Shown: positions 37,336-50,070, counted from the first letter of the stretch. The stretch is DNA of 64,000 bases from Macrostomum hystrix (GCA_950097015.1 CATNEN010000011.1:3844001-3908000); one strand, 5' to 3'. Numbers and translations are program-made. Notes: generated by a model from the sequence alone, not told the origin.

Positions 37336-37869
37336 AGCTAACCATTAACCGAATAACAATATAGCAAGCATACTCGTCTATTATAGTTATAGCTGTGTGC
37401 TTACAAAACGAACCATATCACCATTGTGATGCATATCTCAAAATCATAACTTTCGAAAAATATTAGCTTATTTACTCGTAATATACGAACAAGGTTTTTT
37501 GTTTTATTTTCATTTTGCGAGAATCTCTGACGAACACTAGTTTACGAGATTTTCCAGTTTCACTTCTACAGAGTTTTCGATCTATATTATTCATCGTTGA
37601 TTTAAAGACGGTGGTTTCGTAGAAAGTCGTTGTTGAAACAAGCCTTTTGGTGTTTTTCGCATAGTTACTAAACTCATGACACTATCGACCTTTGTTTAAT
37701 ATCCTTCTTTGTAGATTTTGTGGTAGCTCCAGACAGCTAAAACTAAAAAAACAAATATGTATATATGTTTCTAAGAACAATTTCTAAGGACAATTTCTAA
37801 GAAACTCATTCTTTCCTACTTAAAGTCATTTTTCATCATTGATATGATCATTGATGCGACAATCCGCAA

Positions 37870-37985
37870 CATTTATTTGGGGCGCAGCCGCGGAGAGAAG
37901 GCTTTGGGGGCTTGTCGTGCAATTTAACGCCCTTGATGACTAAACTCCGAGGCACAGTGAGAGTGTACACTGTCTGACCTGCGCA
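37870..37985 (+). mobile_element. SINE family A fragment
   Basis: ATTTATTTGGGGCGCAGCCGCGGAGAGAAGGCTTTGGGGGCTTGTCG is shared with the other copies. Confidence 0.65.
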
Positions 37986-38082
37986 TTAATAAATGCTAGT
38001 TTAAAAGCGAAGTTTAAAATTAACAAATAGAACACACATTAAACTCAGTTACAAATATTGTATATTTTTTCAAACGCTTCAG

Positions 38083-38757
38083 CAGCATCAGCAGCAGCAG
38101 CAGCCGGATGTCAGGTTGGCGTCAGTTCGCGCCACGGTGCCCGCCTACCGCAAAGCGCCACCGGGTCATCCTGCCGTGTCCCGTCTGAAGGCGCCACCGA
38201 CACTGTACAAGGTCTGCGTCAGTCGCTCGGGTCATCCAGACTTCACGCTAGAGAAACTATTTGCCGACTTTGAAGCTCTTCACAGACAAATCCGGCGACT
38301 TTCGTTGACATCGTCGACGGTGTTTAACCAGCCCAAACTGCCTAGTAGGCTGGCTGGCCCGGATGCTAAGCGTCTGGAGTTCGAATCCTATCTAGTTGCC
38401 ATGCTGCAATTAGCCCAGCTACCGGGGCATTCTGCCTGTGCTCACGCGTTGGCTAATTTCCTATCATTGACCCCAAACCCTGCTTTGTCTGATTCTGATG
38501 CACTTATCGATCTGAGCACTTCCGATTCGGCCGTGAACTCGTCGGTATCATTCTATTCCACTAATACTAGTAGTAATATTAGTAGTAACAATAATAATAG
38601 TAATAGTGGTTGGCAACAGACTCAAAGCCAGCACGCTTCTGTTGTACTTCTACAAGAAGTTGAAGCTCTGCCACGGTCGGAATTGGACGCGCTGACCAGC
38701 ATTGTTATTGACACCATCTATTCCAGCACTTCTCTGTCGTCTCTTGATTTTGACTAG
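38083..38757 (+). CDS. PX (Phox homology)-domain-like ORF without an in-frame ATG, preceded by a splice acceptor
   Basis: TLYKVCVSR...FTLEKLFADFEALHRQI...PKLPSR...KRLEFESYLVAML...ALANFLSL fits the PX pattern (Y-x-I, R-x-S/D-F-x-x-L-H, PxLP, R..LE.YL). Acceptor ttttttcaaacgcttcag at 38066-38082. No ATG between the upstream stop at 38002 and the domain. Confidence 0.6.
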   Translation, partial: QHQQQQQPDVRLASVRATVPAYRKAPPGHPAVSRLKAPPTLYKVCVSRSGHPDFTLEKLFADFEALHRQIRRLSLTSSTVFNQPKLPSRLAGPDAKRLEFESYLVAMLQLAQLPGHSACAHALANFLSLTPNPALSDSDALIDLSTSDSAVNSSVSFYSTNTSSNISSNNNNSNSGWQQTQSQHASVVLLQEVEALPRSELDALTSIVIDTIYSSTSLSSLDFD

Positions 38758-38871
38758 CTGATAAGCTACGTTTAACAATCGATTAATTACTATCGCTGTT
38801 TTTGCGCTTACACGGAAGTAGAAACATTTCATTTTGAAAATTTTTGCTTTGAAGTCATTTTCTTCAATATC

Positions 38872-38925
38872 CCGGTGGCTGGAGCTTTGGACTCTTAACT
38901 GAGAGGTCGAGGGTTCGACTTTTGA
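38872..38925 (+). other. Degenerate tRNA-Lys(CTT)-like fragment
   Basis: GACTCTTAA anticodon-loop-like motif and GGTTCGA; arms incomplete. Confidence 0.3.
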
Positions 38926-39049
38926 GACAAGACACTATATAAGCTCAAATTGTATAAAATGGGCACCTCTAGCGTCCTTGGACACTTTCTGTGTCGAATT
39001 GACATATTAGACACATTTTTAAGTTATCAAATATAAATGGTTCGATTGG

Positions 39050-39118
39050 AGAGTTGGATCGAACCTCCGACCTTCAAGTGGTGATTCCGACGCTATATTC
39101 ACTAGGCTACCACCCCCA
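39050..39118 (-). mobile_element. tRNA-derived SINE head (family B)
   Basis: GTAGCCTAGTGAATATAGCGTCGGAATCACCACTTGAAGGTCGGAGGTTCGATCC is similar to the copies at 35362 and 10926. Confidence 0.55.
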
Positions 39119-39679
39119 GATATCATTGTACTATAACTCAATTGGAACATGATTAAGGCCAATATCAGTGTTCGCCTTTTAGTGCTTGAATTTTCACTTG
39201 TGTCAAGTATTATTTAGGTTTCTCTTTGTTTACTTTTGTTAAACTCCTCTTCGTGCCTATTTAAATTTCCATAAAACGTCTTCCCATTTTTTTCTTCATC
39301 ATTTCCTTGTCATTCCTTTACTTTATTTTCAACCAATTTTCATACGGATGTCTTCGCTTTGTTTATAAAAATGCTAACAATAGCTCGATTTCTTTACTAA
39401 CAGTAGAGTAATGCGGAGCATAGATTGTTAGATTTGAGTTGAGAAAATATTTACATCTTTTCGGCATAATTTCTTTTTTTGACAATATACTTGTTTCGTT
39501 TAGTCTCATTTGTGGATCAATTTGAAGTAAAATAGTATTTGAAATTCACTGAGATATACGAAGCAAAGCAAAAAATGATTTGATAAAGTCTGAGTATTTT
39601 AATTTATAGCTTCAAATGTTTATAGTTTTTTTCTGCAAAGAAATATCCTTTGTTTTCTACTGAATTAATTATAAAAAAG

Positions 39680-40030
39680 TACGCTTTATCGTTCGACCCA
39701 ATAAACTTCTCCCCCCAATGTACACTTTATCGATCGACCCAATAAACTTCTCAATCCCAAAGTGCACTTTATCGATCGACGCGATAAACTCCTTACCCCC
39801 AATGTACACTTAATAGATCGACCCGATAAACTCCTTACCCCCAATGTACACTTAATCGATCGACCCGATAAACTCCTTACCCCCAATGTACACTTAATCG
39901 ATCGACGCGATAAACTCCTTACCCCCAATGTACACTTAATCGATCGACGCGATAAACTCCTCACCCCAATGTACACTTAATCGATCTATCCGATAAATTT
40001 CTCATCCAGTGTACACTTTATCGATCGACG
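39680..40030. repeat. 42-bp minisatellite (TACACTTAATCGATCGACSCGATAAACTCCTTACCCCCAATG)
   Basis: About 8 visible units. Confidence 0.9.
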
Positions 40031-40468
40031 CGTCAAACCACTTAGCCCCCCCAAAATCTTAACCTATTCGATCGCCCACACATACTACTCATCAGTTAAA
40101 TTTATCTTCTGGTTTTTAACGAGATTGCCATAATTTATTTTTCTCAGTTGCGCATTAAGACATAACTTCGAAACCTATATACCATGTAAAATGGTAATGC
40201 TTTATAGTCAACCATCCTATAATGCTTTTTCCTGAATATAAACACATTAAATTTCAACGAAACAAAATTGTAAACGAAATGCGCATTGAAGCGAGTTTTT
40301 TATTTGTACAAAAAGTCAATCGTATTTTAACTGTTTACTTAACTTTTTCGTTGGTTTACATTATTTTAGAAAGCAAATTTTATTTATACTCGTAGTTTAA
40401 AGAAGATAACAAAGATATAAGTCGTTAATTTTCTAATTCGTTAACGTTACTTATTTACTTCAGTTCGC

Positions 40469-43121
40469 ATGCGTCGCCGCCAAACCGCTTCGTTATCCTG
40501 GCAGACTTGGCGCAGCCTCTGCGCCTCATCGGTGACCCTCGCACCCTGCTGTCTAATGCGAGTGAAGTTCAGCTTGGCAACAGCTGTCAAACTGGCGCTC
40601 ATTGTCCTGTTAACGTTAATCTGCCTAATCTGCTACTCGCACATCCGTGCTAATCTGAGTTTGAGCAGTTTCTTTGAGCAGGACCAGAGTCAAAATCCGT
40701 TACTAAATCCCAGTTTGACAATCTATCCGAAAACTGCCGAAGAGAGAGCTGAATATAATCAGGGATTCTATGCGCATTCGTTTAACGCATTTCTTAGTGA
40801 TAGGCTGAGTTTGCAGCGACTGGTGCCGGACACGCGAGATTCCAGGTGTCAGTCCAAGCCTTACTATGCCAACTCTAGAGACTACGACAATCTCACAGCC
40901 TCCGTCATTGTCTGCTTCTACAACGAAGCCAAATCTGCACTGAGGCGCTCACTGTACAGCATTGTCAACCGGTCGCCTCCGCATTTGCTGCACGAAGTTA
41001 TTGTGCTCAATGATGAGAGCACCAATGGTGAGCTGCCTGGCCTGAGCAGGTTAGGGTAGACAGTAGGCTGAGTAGGTTAGGGTAGACAGTAGCCTGAGTA
41101 GGTTAGGGTAGACAGTAGCCTGAGTAGGTTAGGGTAGACAGTAGGCTGAGCAGGTTAGGATAGACAGTAGGCTGAGTAGGTTAGGGTAGACAGTAGCCTG
41201 AGTAGGTTAGGGTAGACAGTAGCCTGAGTAGGTTAGGGTAGACAGTAGCCTGAGTAGGTTAGGGTAGACAGTAGCCTGAGTAGGTTAGGGTAGACAGTAG
41301 CCTAAGTAGGTTAGGGTAGACAGTAGGCTGAGCAGGTTAGGGTAGACAGTAGGCTGAGTAGGTTAGGGTAGACAGTAAGCTGAGCAGGTTAGGGTAGACA
41401 GTAAGCTGAGCAGGTTAGGTTAGACAGTAAGCTGAGCAGGTTAGGGTAGACAGTAAGCTGAGCAGGTTAGGGTAGACAGTAAGCTGAGCAGGTTAGGTTA
41501 GACAGTAAGCTGAGCAGGTTAGGGTAGACAGTAAGCTGAGCAGGTTAGGGTAGACAGTAAGCTGAGTAGGTTAGGGTAGACAGTAAGCTGAGCAGGTTAG
41601 GGTAGACAGTAAGCTGAGCAGGTTAGGGTAGACAGTAAGCTGAGTAGGTTAGGGTAGACAGTAAGCTGAGTAGGTTAGGGTAGACAGTAGGCTTAGAAGG
41701 TTAAGGTAGAGAGTAGACTGAGTAGTTTTGGGTAGGCAGTAGCCTAAGTAGGTGTGGGTAGTAGCCTGAGTAGGTATGGGTAGTAGCCTGAGTAGGTATG
41801 GGTAGTAGCCTGAGTAGGTATGGGTAGTAGCCTGAGTAGGTGTGGGTAGTAGCCTGAGTAGGTGTGAGTAGATGAGGGTAGTAGCCTGAGTAGGTGTGGG
41901 TAGTAGCCTGAGTAGGTGTGGGTAGTAGGCTGAGTAGGTGTGAGTAGATGAGGGTAGTAGCCTGAGTAGGTGTGGGTAGTAGCCTGAGTAGGTGTGGGTA
42001 GTAGCCTGAGTAGGTGTGGGTAGTAGCCTGAGTAGGTGTGGGTAGTAGCCTGAGTAGGTGTGGGTAGTAGCCTGAGCAGGTTTACTCATACCGAGAACTT
42101 ACTTTCTAGGCGAATGAGTCAACTTAAAATTTTCGCAAATATATTAAAAAAATATGAACTTTTTTACCTTTTTCAGGTATCAACAGTTTCGATGTGAATT
42201 TTATATCGTCAAAAATTCGCTACGAAATAGCTCCAATGAAGCTCGGACTCATTAGAGCCAGAAATTATGCAGCCAGGCTGGCTACTGGACGGGTGAGACT
42301 TGAGCAATTTCTGTTCTTGCAGTTCTATTTATTTAATTCAATCTTTAAGTTTTAACTTTAGGATGAGTCAAGCTTGGGATAATTTGTACAATTCACGACT
42401 TGGGATATCTATTGCTTGGGATCTTGATTCTATTGAAATGCAGGTTCTAATCTTTCTGGACAGCCACATCGAGGTGAACACCGGCTGGCTGGAGCCGCTG
42501 CTTCATCGCATCAGTCAGCGTCCGAAATCAGTCGCCATCCCAATGATTGACGTCATCAACGACAAGACATTGGCGTACGCGGCAACACCGGCTGTTGTCG
42601 GCGGTTTCAGCTGGACAATGCGGTTCACCTGGGACAGGCTGCCGTCGAGTGTGCCGCTAGACGAGCCGTTCCACTCGCCAGTGATGTCCGGCGGTCTGCT
42701 GGCTGTCCGGGCTGACACATTTCGCGCTTTCGGCGAATATGACGACGCTATGGAGACTTGGGGCGGCGAAAATCTCGAAATGTCGTTTCGCTACTGGCAG
42801 TGCGGCGGGTCCATCTACGTCTGTCCCTGCTCCCGGGTCGGCCACGTGTTCCGTGCCCGGCGACCCTACGGCGAGTTCACGGGGCGCGACGGTTGGCTGT
42901 TCAATTCCGTCAGACTCGCCAACGTCTGGCTGGGTCCGTTTCGCGAGGTCTTCTTCTACATGGAGCCGAGAGCCACCTCTGTCCAGCCCGGAGACCTGAC
43001 CGCCAGACAGCAGCTGCAGAAGCGACTTGGCTGCGTGTCATTCAAATGGTACCTGCAGAATGTGGCGTCTAAGGACATGATTCGCAGCCTACCCGGCAGA
43101 TTCAGACATCTGCTGGCTTGA
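40469..43121 (+). CDS. Polypeptide N-acetylgalactosaminyltransferase, GALNT11/pgant35A-like, ending before the ricin lectin domain. Exons 40469-41027, 42177-42292, 42444-43121
   Basis: N-terminal TM anchor. Motifs SVIVCFYNEA, GLIRAR, FLDSHIE (DxH), WGGENLEMSFRYWQCGG, CSRVGHVFRARRPYG, SFKWYL. Phase-consistent GT-AG introns. Confidence 0.9.
41035..42080. repeat. Compound minisatellite in GALNT intron 1: 26-27-bp unit (CTGAGYAGGTTAGGGTAGACAGTAGC) grading into a 22-bp unit (TAGCCTGAGTAGGTGTGGGTAG)
   Basis: Visible tandem units with a unit switch near 41700-41750. Confidence 0.95.
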
Positions 43122-44144
43122 ACTGATCGCTGAGTTATGGTGCAGACTTGATGTGACCTCTGTGTATGGATTAACTAATCTGAGATCATCAATTAGAGAT
43201 CTCACCAGATTCTCATAATCACATTGGCACTTCTGTAATGTGATTATGAATGTACTCTGGAATCCTCATTTTGGAGTTTAATCTTCCCATTCCTATATTT
43301 GGGGATGAAATATTCTGGGGAAAAAATATTCCCAGATCCCCAATAACTAGAGTTTTTCTTATCCCCAATTGACAGGATCTTCCAGAAATCGTGTTTATTT
43401 GCATTTTTATCACGACTATTAACAGCATGTTTCTATCATATGTTTGTTAACCTTTGCAGTCGTGTTGTAACTGTAATTGAATAGAGACTTCTATGCAATG
43501 CGTTTCAATATGTCTGTATCTGTAAGTAGTATATGTTGTTTATATGTTTACGCAAATACGTTTCACTAAATACCATGAAGTTTAAAAAAAGTTAGCTACT
43601 TATAGTAGCAAGTTTACTGTTCGAATGAAATCGAAATGCCCAAAGAAATCTCTAAATTAGTCTTATTAGATTTTTTTAACAAATGTGCTCAAAATATATG
43701 AATTTATTTCAAGAAATTATCACTTAAAAAAGCAATCGCCTCATCCTACTGACCAAACTGCAGTCATTAGTAGTGTATATAGTGCAAATCTGGTTTTCGT
43801 TTAAACACGGAATGTTTTAAAAAAAAGTCGCTTAATTTTTTTAGGCTGAAGCAACACGCAGTAGAATAAAATAAAGGTGCATGTGAAGGACATTTGAGAT
43901 TGTAAGATTCAGAAAAATATACCATAGTTAATTTTAAGGATTGCAGTAATAAAACAAATATAATGTTTGAATTTACTCAGTTACTGTGATGCCACATGAA
44001 ATAGGTGTATCACGCACTTTTTTGAACGGCCGAGCTAAAAAGGGTAATTAGGTTTTAGGAAATAATGTATACTGTTTATGATTTACTTAGGATTCATATG
44101 CAGTCTGAAAGGATTATCAAACTGATGGTTTAATGTTAAACAGG

Positions 44145-44425
44145 ATTATCTAACAGGATTATCTAACCAATGACTCACTGTCTAACAGGATTATCTAACC
44201 AATGACTCACTGTCTAACAGGATTATCCAACCAATGACTCACTGTCTAACAGGATTATCTAATCAATGACTCACTGTCTAACAGGATTATCTAATCAATG
44301 ACTCACTGTCTAACAGGATTATCTAATCAATGACTCACTGTCTAACAGGATTATCTAATCAATGACTCACTGTCTAACAGGATTATCTAATCAATGACTC
44401 ATTGTCTAATAGGATTATTGTCTAA
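44145..44425. repeat. 32-bp minisatellite (AACAGGATTATCTAATCAATGACTCACTGTCT)
   Basis: About 8 visible units. Confidence 0.92.
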
Positions 44426-44483
44426 CAACGAACTCACCGTTGTCGTTGTTGCTATGCTGAGTCAGTTGATGAATCAGCCTTTC

Positions 44484-47400
44484 TCATGAAGATCCGTTGC
44501 CACCGGCACCACCACCGTCGGTCGCCTCGTCGCTGCCCTCGTCGCCGGCATCGACCGAGTTGGCGGCGACCTCCAGGGCGGCCAGCCTCCGCCTGAGTTT
44601 GCTCTGAGTGGCGCCGAACTCGGCCAGCATGCGAGCGAATCGAGTCTGCAGCACTCCCAGCTCTCCGCTGAGTCGTTCAACTCTGTGCTCGGAGGACTCC
44701 CTGGCCTGCATGGCCTTGGCCAGGGCCTCCTCGTCGATCAGGTTGTCCTTGCGAAGCACCTGTTGGCCTTTCTCCAACAGCTTGACCTTGGCGTCGGGAT
44801 ATTCAGTCAGCGCCTCCCACAGGTCGTTTTTACTCAGGCAGAACAGGTCCGAGTAGCCGTCGCTTCTCACATTCGCCGTCCTTCGGTTGCCAGTTTTATT
44901 GCCGGGAATGTTCAGAATCGATACCTCGCCGAAAACGCTGCCTTCGCCGAGGGTCACGAAGACGGTTTTACCGTCAGGCGATACCACGCTGAGCTTGCCG
45001 CGCTTCACTATGTACATCTCCTTGCCGATGTCGCCCTTTCGGCAAATGTAGTCACCGGGAGAGTAAACCTGTGCGGTTGACGCGTGTAAATTAGGTTCTT
45101 GCAGGTACTCTCAGGGACTCAAGTAATTGAGTCTGACTGTCGCACAAAGGTCCCTGAGCTCGATTCCGCGGCGAGGCAATATTTAGGGCGCAGCCGCGGA
45201 GAGAAGGCTTGAGGGCTTGTCGTCCAAATTACGCCGACAGAAAGTCAGAGCAGTGTGCGGGTGTGTTTAGGAGTCAGAGAAATGGGCAGAATTGCCTTCT
45301 TGCTGGCAGTGGGTCCATTATTTTTATGCATTATCTTTCAAAATATTGTATTTACTTTTTCTTCCAATCTCGAACAGCTCAATCCGCAAATTACGCCTAG
45401 TAACTACTCACCTGCAGTTTCAATTTGAGCACAAGCTCAACCAGCAGCCCTGGCTCGCAGTCCTGAAAGATTGCCACCCGTTTCAGCGTGTCAAAGTGCA
45501 CGTGAATAGCGATCTCAGCTTTGAGCTTGTCCGGCAGTGTGCCGAGAATTCTTTCTTCGTCCAGCGACTGCTTGTTAGTCCACAGATAGTCGAACCAGCG
45601 AATCACCCGGTGTTCGAGCTCGCGACCTACTTTGCGAAACTCCATGTACCGCTTCACCTGTTAATTCGGTATTAAAAAATGCTTGAGAATGAATATTGGA
45701 TTATCATAGCTTGTGCATCTGCTTCTAGACGGTTTGGAAAACCTGTCTAGCCCTGGTCAAGGAGACTGTATAGTCTAGTTTCGCACTTCTCAATGGGAGG
45801 TCCATTTGAGTTTCGTCAGGAAATTTGGGTGGGCGGGGCATTTCCCCAGTCCATAGACTGTACAAATACTCACCCCATCCATTCGCATCTGAAACTCAGT
45901 CCTGGCCGCGTTCATGTTGGTGATCATGGAGCCGACATTGCCGACTACAACGGCGAAGATCAACACGCCGACTAAAAAGTCGACAGTCATGAAAGCGTAC
46001 TCAAAGTCTGTCACTGGTCTTGGCACATCTCCAATAGTTGTCAGAATCATTGTCGACCAGAAGAACGAATAGATGTACTTTCTAGACAGATTATCCCAAG
46101 ACGAAGAATAATTGTACCGTTCCGTTGTCGGCAAAGAGATAAGATTGTCGGGTCTTGGAGGATAAGTCCACGAGTCCCTACCCAGGCCAAGAACCAGACA
46201 GATGGAGAAATAGATGCAGCCATTCCAATGCACCACCACTAGCAGAATTAGAATTAGATTGCCGATGCGAAACAGATTCGGGTAGTTGGTTCTAGTCTCT
46301 GTTCGATCGATGAACTCTTGCAGTCGAAGGCATTTGATCAGACGATTGATGCGAATGTAGGTGCCTTTGATACCGATTTGCGGCACGCAGTACAGCAGAT
46401 CAGTGGGAAATAGACAGGCTAAATCCAGTTTGAAGCTCAAAGATTGCATATAGACTTTGCGAAGGCGGGGCAGCTCCTTGACCAATAGGCCCTGCTCGAG
46501 AAAGCCTGCATGCGGTATATTATGGGGTTCAAAATTTTAATCGTTAGCTAAATAGTATGGGGGACGCCATTTTGACTGATTCATGGGGCAGGTGTTAAAG
46601 CGATTAATAATAGACAGGCAAGCTAGCTAGGGGTGGGGTGGCGTTGGGGTTGGGTCTTAGAGGATTGAAATTGCAAACTAAGGCGGTGGGGTGTGTGTGG
46701 AAACGATCGATACCTAGTCAGCGGGGTGGGGTTAGGGCTTAGATGGACGAGATTTTAAACTGAGGCGGTGGGTGGGTGTTAAAACACGATAAGCAGTTAG
46801 CGGGATGGGGTTGGGGCTTGGTAGGACGAGATTTTAAACTGAGGCGGTGGGGTGCGGTGTTAAATCGATCGATGAGTAGTTAGCGGGGTGGGTTTGGGGC
46901 TCGAAGAGACGAGATTTTAAACTGAGGCGGTGGGGTGGGGTGTTGAAACGATCGATAAGCAGTTACCGGGGTGGGGTTGGGGCTCGGAGAGACGAGATTT
47001 TAAACTGAGGCGGTGGGGTGGGGTGTTGAAACAATCGATATGCAGTTAGCGGGGTGGGGTTGGGGCTTAGTGGGACGAGATTTGAAACTAAGGCGGTGGG
47101 GTGGGGTATTAAAACGATCACTAAGCAGTTACCGGGGTGGGGTTGGGCTCGGAGAGACGAGATTTTAAACTGAGGCGATGGGATGGTGAATTTGTTTGCG
47201 TAACCAAAGCTGCTTTAAAAAACTATCCTTTTTTACTGTACATCATTGATTCTGTTCGGCAAACCTTTTCTTGAACTGATGAATATGTCAATAACGTAGA
47301 CGACATCAGCAATGTAGTCAAGCACTAGCCAAGGCCAAATAGCGTACTCTTCTTGTATTTGGGTGAATGCTGATCGCATCACAATGAAGACTAGATTGTA

Positions 47401-50070
47401 GCTGATGGCCACTGATAAAACCGCTAGCCAACGGTAGTAGAACGGCTGCGACACGTCCACAACGAAATCTTTAGCGATGCTGAAAAGTAAAAGGGAATAT
47501 TATTAGGTGCCTATCTGATTTTCTAGCTAATTAGAGCATCGAATCTCAGACTGAGTGATTTCAAACAGGTTAAGACAGGTTTTTCCTAGAGAAATATTTT
47601 TAGAAAAAGAATACAGGAGATTTGCCCGATCCTCTCTCCTTGGAGGGTGATAAACCTCTCGCACCATGGTCCCTGAGCTCGATTCCGCAGCGAGGCCACA
47701 TTTATTTGGGGCGCAGCCGCAGAGAGAAGGCTTGGGGGCTTCTCATGCGATTTACGCCATCGAGGGCCAACCTCCAAGACACAGAGTGTAAACAGCCTGA
47801 CGATGAGAAAGTCAGGGCAGATGTACACACTGTGAAACTGTCGTATGTCTGCGAACAGTTTCTGTGTGAGTGCTCAGGAATCATCGAAATGAGCAAAATG
47901 GATACCTCGCTGGCTGCGGGTCAACTGCCAACAAATGATGTGCCTTTGCCCGCAGCCTTCCTGCAGCAAATATTATAATAATATCCCCTCTCCATGCTCA
48001 CTATCGCATCCTGAGTCGCATTCGCTCAACCAATCGCGGTTTCTCGCCAGCTTCGCCGGCAGTTTCGGCTCCGGGATCTGGCATCGCTCCTGCGCCGATG
48101 CCCAGCTTCACCAGGAACGAGTCGCGACGCTTGTCGTGCTGTCGCTGACGCTGTCGCTCCTGCTCCTCTTCGGCTAACTGCTGCTGACGCCTCTGCTGCT
48201 GCTGCTGCTGCTGTTGCTGCTGTAGATCCTGAGTTCGATTGCTGAGTCGACGCGAGCCGAGCTCTTCAGCGCTGACGCCAGCCCGATGAATCCAACGGTG
48301 AAGGGACTGGAGATTGGTTTAGTTGGGTGCGGGAGTTCTGTCTCTGTTCTGTCTCTTAAGTAATCGTCGTTCACATCTGGTCGGCTTCGTTAGTTCGCTG
48401 ATCCAGGAAGGCAATTAGAAGTAAGATGAATGTGTCTCGCTTTGCGATCAAGAAAGTTGCGTTGTCGTGGTTACTGGTCCGGGTTTGTTAATTAGCTAGG
48501 CTATATAGGCTGGATGACGGAGGCATCCAATTTTAGTTGCGTTTCTTGGTTTTCATCGAAATGGTATAGTCTAGACAATTGTAAACGAATAAGCTCAATC
48601 TTTGCTATACGAACTAGCTGTGAAACGTCATTTAAAATTAGTTAAAAAATTGACATATTTCAGTGAAATTGATGCTAGTGAAGCTTGTGATAGGTAGCAC
48701 GAAAATTTAAATTATTGACCTTGAAATGAGCAGGAGAATCGCCTCCAGTGACTTTGAGGTAGGCAGGAAGAAAACTCGAGTCACCATGAGAAGGAGGAGG
48801 AAAATCTCCCTTGGCCTTAAAGCTGGCACGAAGGAAATTGTCTGTGACCTTGAGATGGCAAGGCCAAGGAAAACCTCCTGTGACCTTGAAGCTGGCAAGA
48901 AGGAAAATTTCTGTGACCTTGAGATGCAAAGGAAAGGAATGTGAGGGAAACCCCCAATGACCTTGAGGTTAGCAAAAGGAAACCTTTGGGTTTTATCTTA
49001 TAAGCAACGTAGTAACTCATTTCTGAATGCCACTATTGTCGCTCTAGTTGGCATAGATACAAAATTCAGTTGAAAGTCTTTGCTACACTAGCTAACAAAG
49101 TTTGTTAAGAATAGAAAACTCGTTATCTTGTCCCATACTCTAGAGAGGATCGGGTTTAGTTTTGGGATTAAAAAAAACATCACAGGAAAAATGGCGCACC
49201 GAAGATACAAAAGAGAACTTCGCCCTGGCGTGGGAAAACCAACCAGTGTGCAGCTTCGATCTCCTCATGTGTCAATGCAGTTTGGGGGCTTGACAATATC
49301 AGGCACTGTGTCGGCTGAGGTGATTTGCTCGATTTTTGGAGTCTCTACAGTTTGTTTCCCTGTCCCTTGGCGCCTGCAGGACCTTGAACCCGCGATGAAC
49401 AAAGGCGCACAATGTCCCGATTTCGTCTAGGAAACCATGCACAAACTGGCCTGTGAGACATTGCGCACTGTAAGACCGCAAATCGCTTATGAAAACAGAA
49501 CATGTCCAAAATGTAGAGTCGAGGAAGAGAACGAAATTCATATTCTCTTTTAGATGCGATTGGTCCGTTTATGTTCCAATTAGAAATAAATTCATAGAGA
49601 AAGTGGCAGGTTCGAAATTTTGAAAGCCTAACAGCTGATGACAAAATTGTGTATTTAATGACACAGGAAAGCACAGAATTAACAGAAAGTTTTGTGGAAT
49701 TCGTAGAAAGCATACCAAAAGCAAGATAAAAAGCCACTGCCCTGAGGCCCATAGCTCGTAGAATGCTGGATTATAGTTTGAGTTTTAGTTTTCTTATATT
49801 TGATCGTAACTCGCAAAAACACAATATTTAGTTGTTCTCCTTTCGTGAGCGAAGTGATTTCAGCCACATTTTACATTTTCCCTTTCAATTTCAATATTTC
49901 ATCTTTTTGTTTTAATGCCTTTGTTTACAAATTTAAAATATTTTATTCACCTAACATTAATCTTATGCATGCTACTGTTTTTCTATCGCCGTTTTTTTAA
50001 TCGAATCGTTCAGCCTTGTTACCAACATCAAATAACCAAAAAATCATCACCTAATCGGGGTGCGCATTTC

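Noticed and set aside
35362-39118. Functional tRNA genes at 35362-35432, 38872-38925 and 39050-39118 (also 10926 and 25612)
   Set aside because: A and B boxes are present but the acceptor or anticodon stems do not pair; treated as SINE heads or pseudo-tRNAs
41035-41700. Interstitial telomere
   Set aside because: Only one TTAGGG per 26-27-bp unit; there is no (TTAGGG)n tract
43119-43200. Stop-codon readthrough or selenocysteine restoring the GALNT lectin domain
   Set aside because: Further in-frame stops follow within a few codons and no ricin QxW repeats are visible downstream
47790-47850. Hammerhead ribozyme in the SINE (CTGACGA...GAAA)
   Set aside because: There is no stem II between CTGACGA and either GAAA. 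The motif instead forms a simple CCTGAC/GTCAGG hairpin
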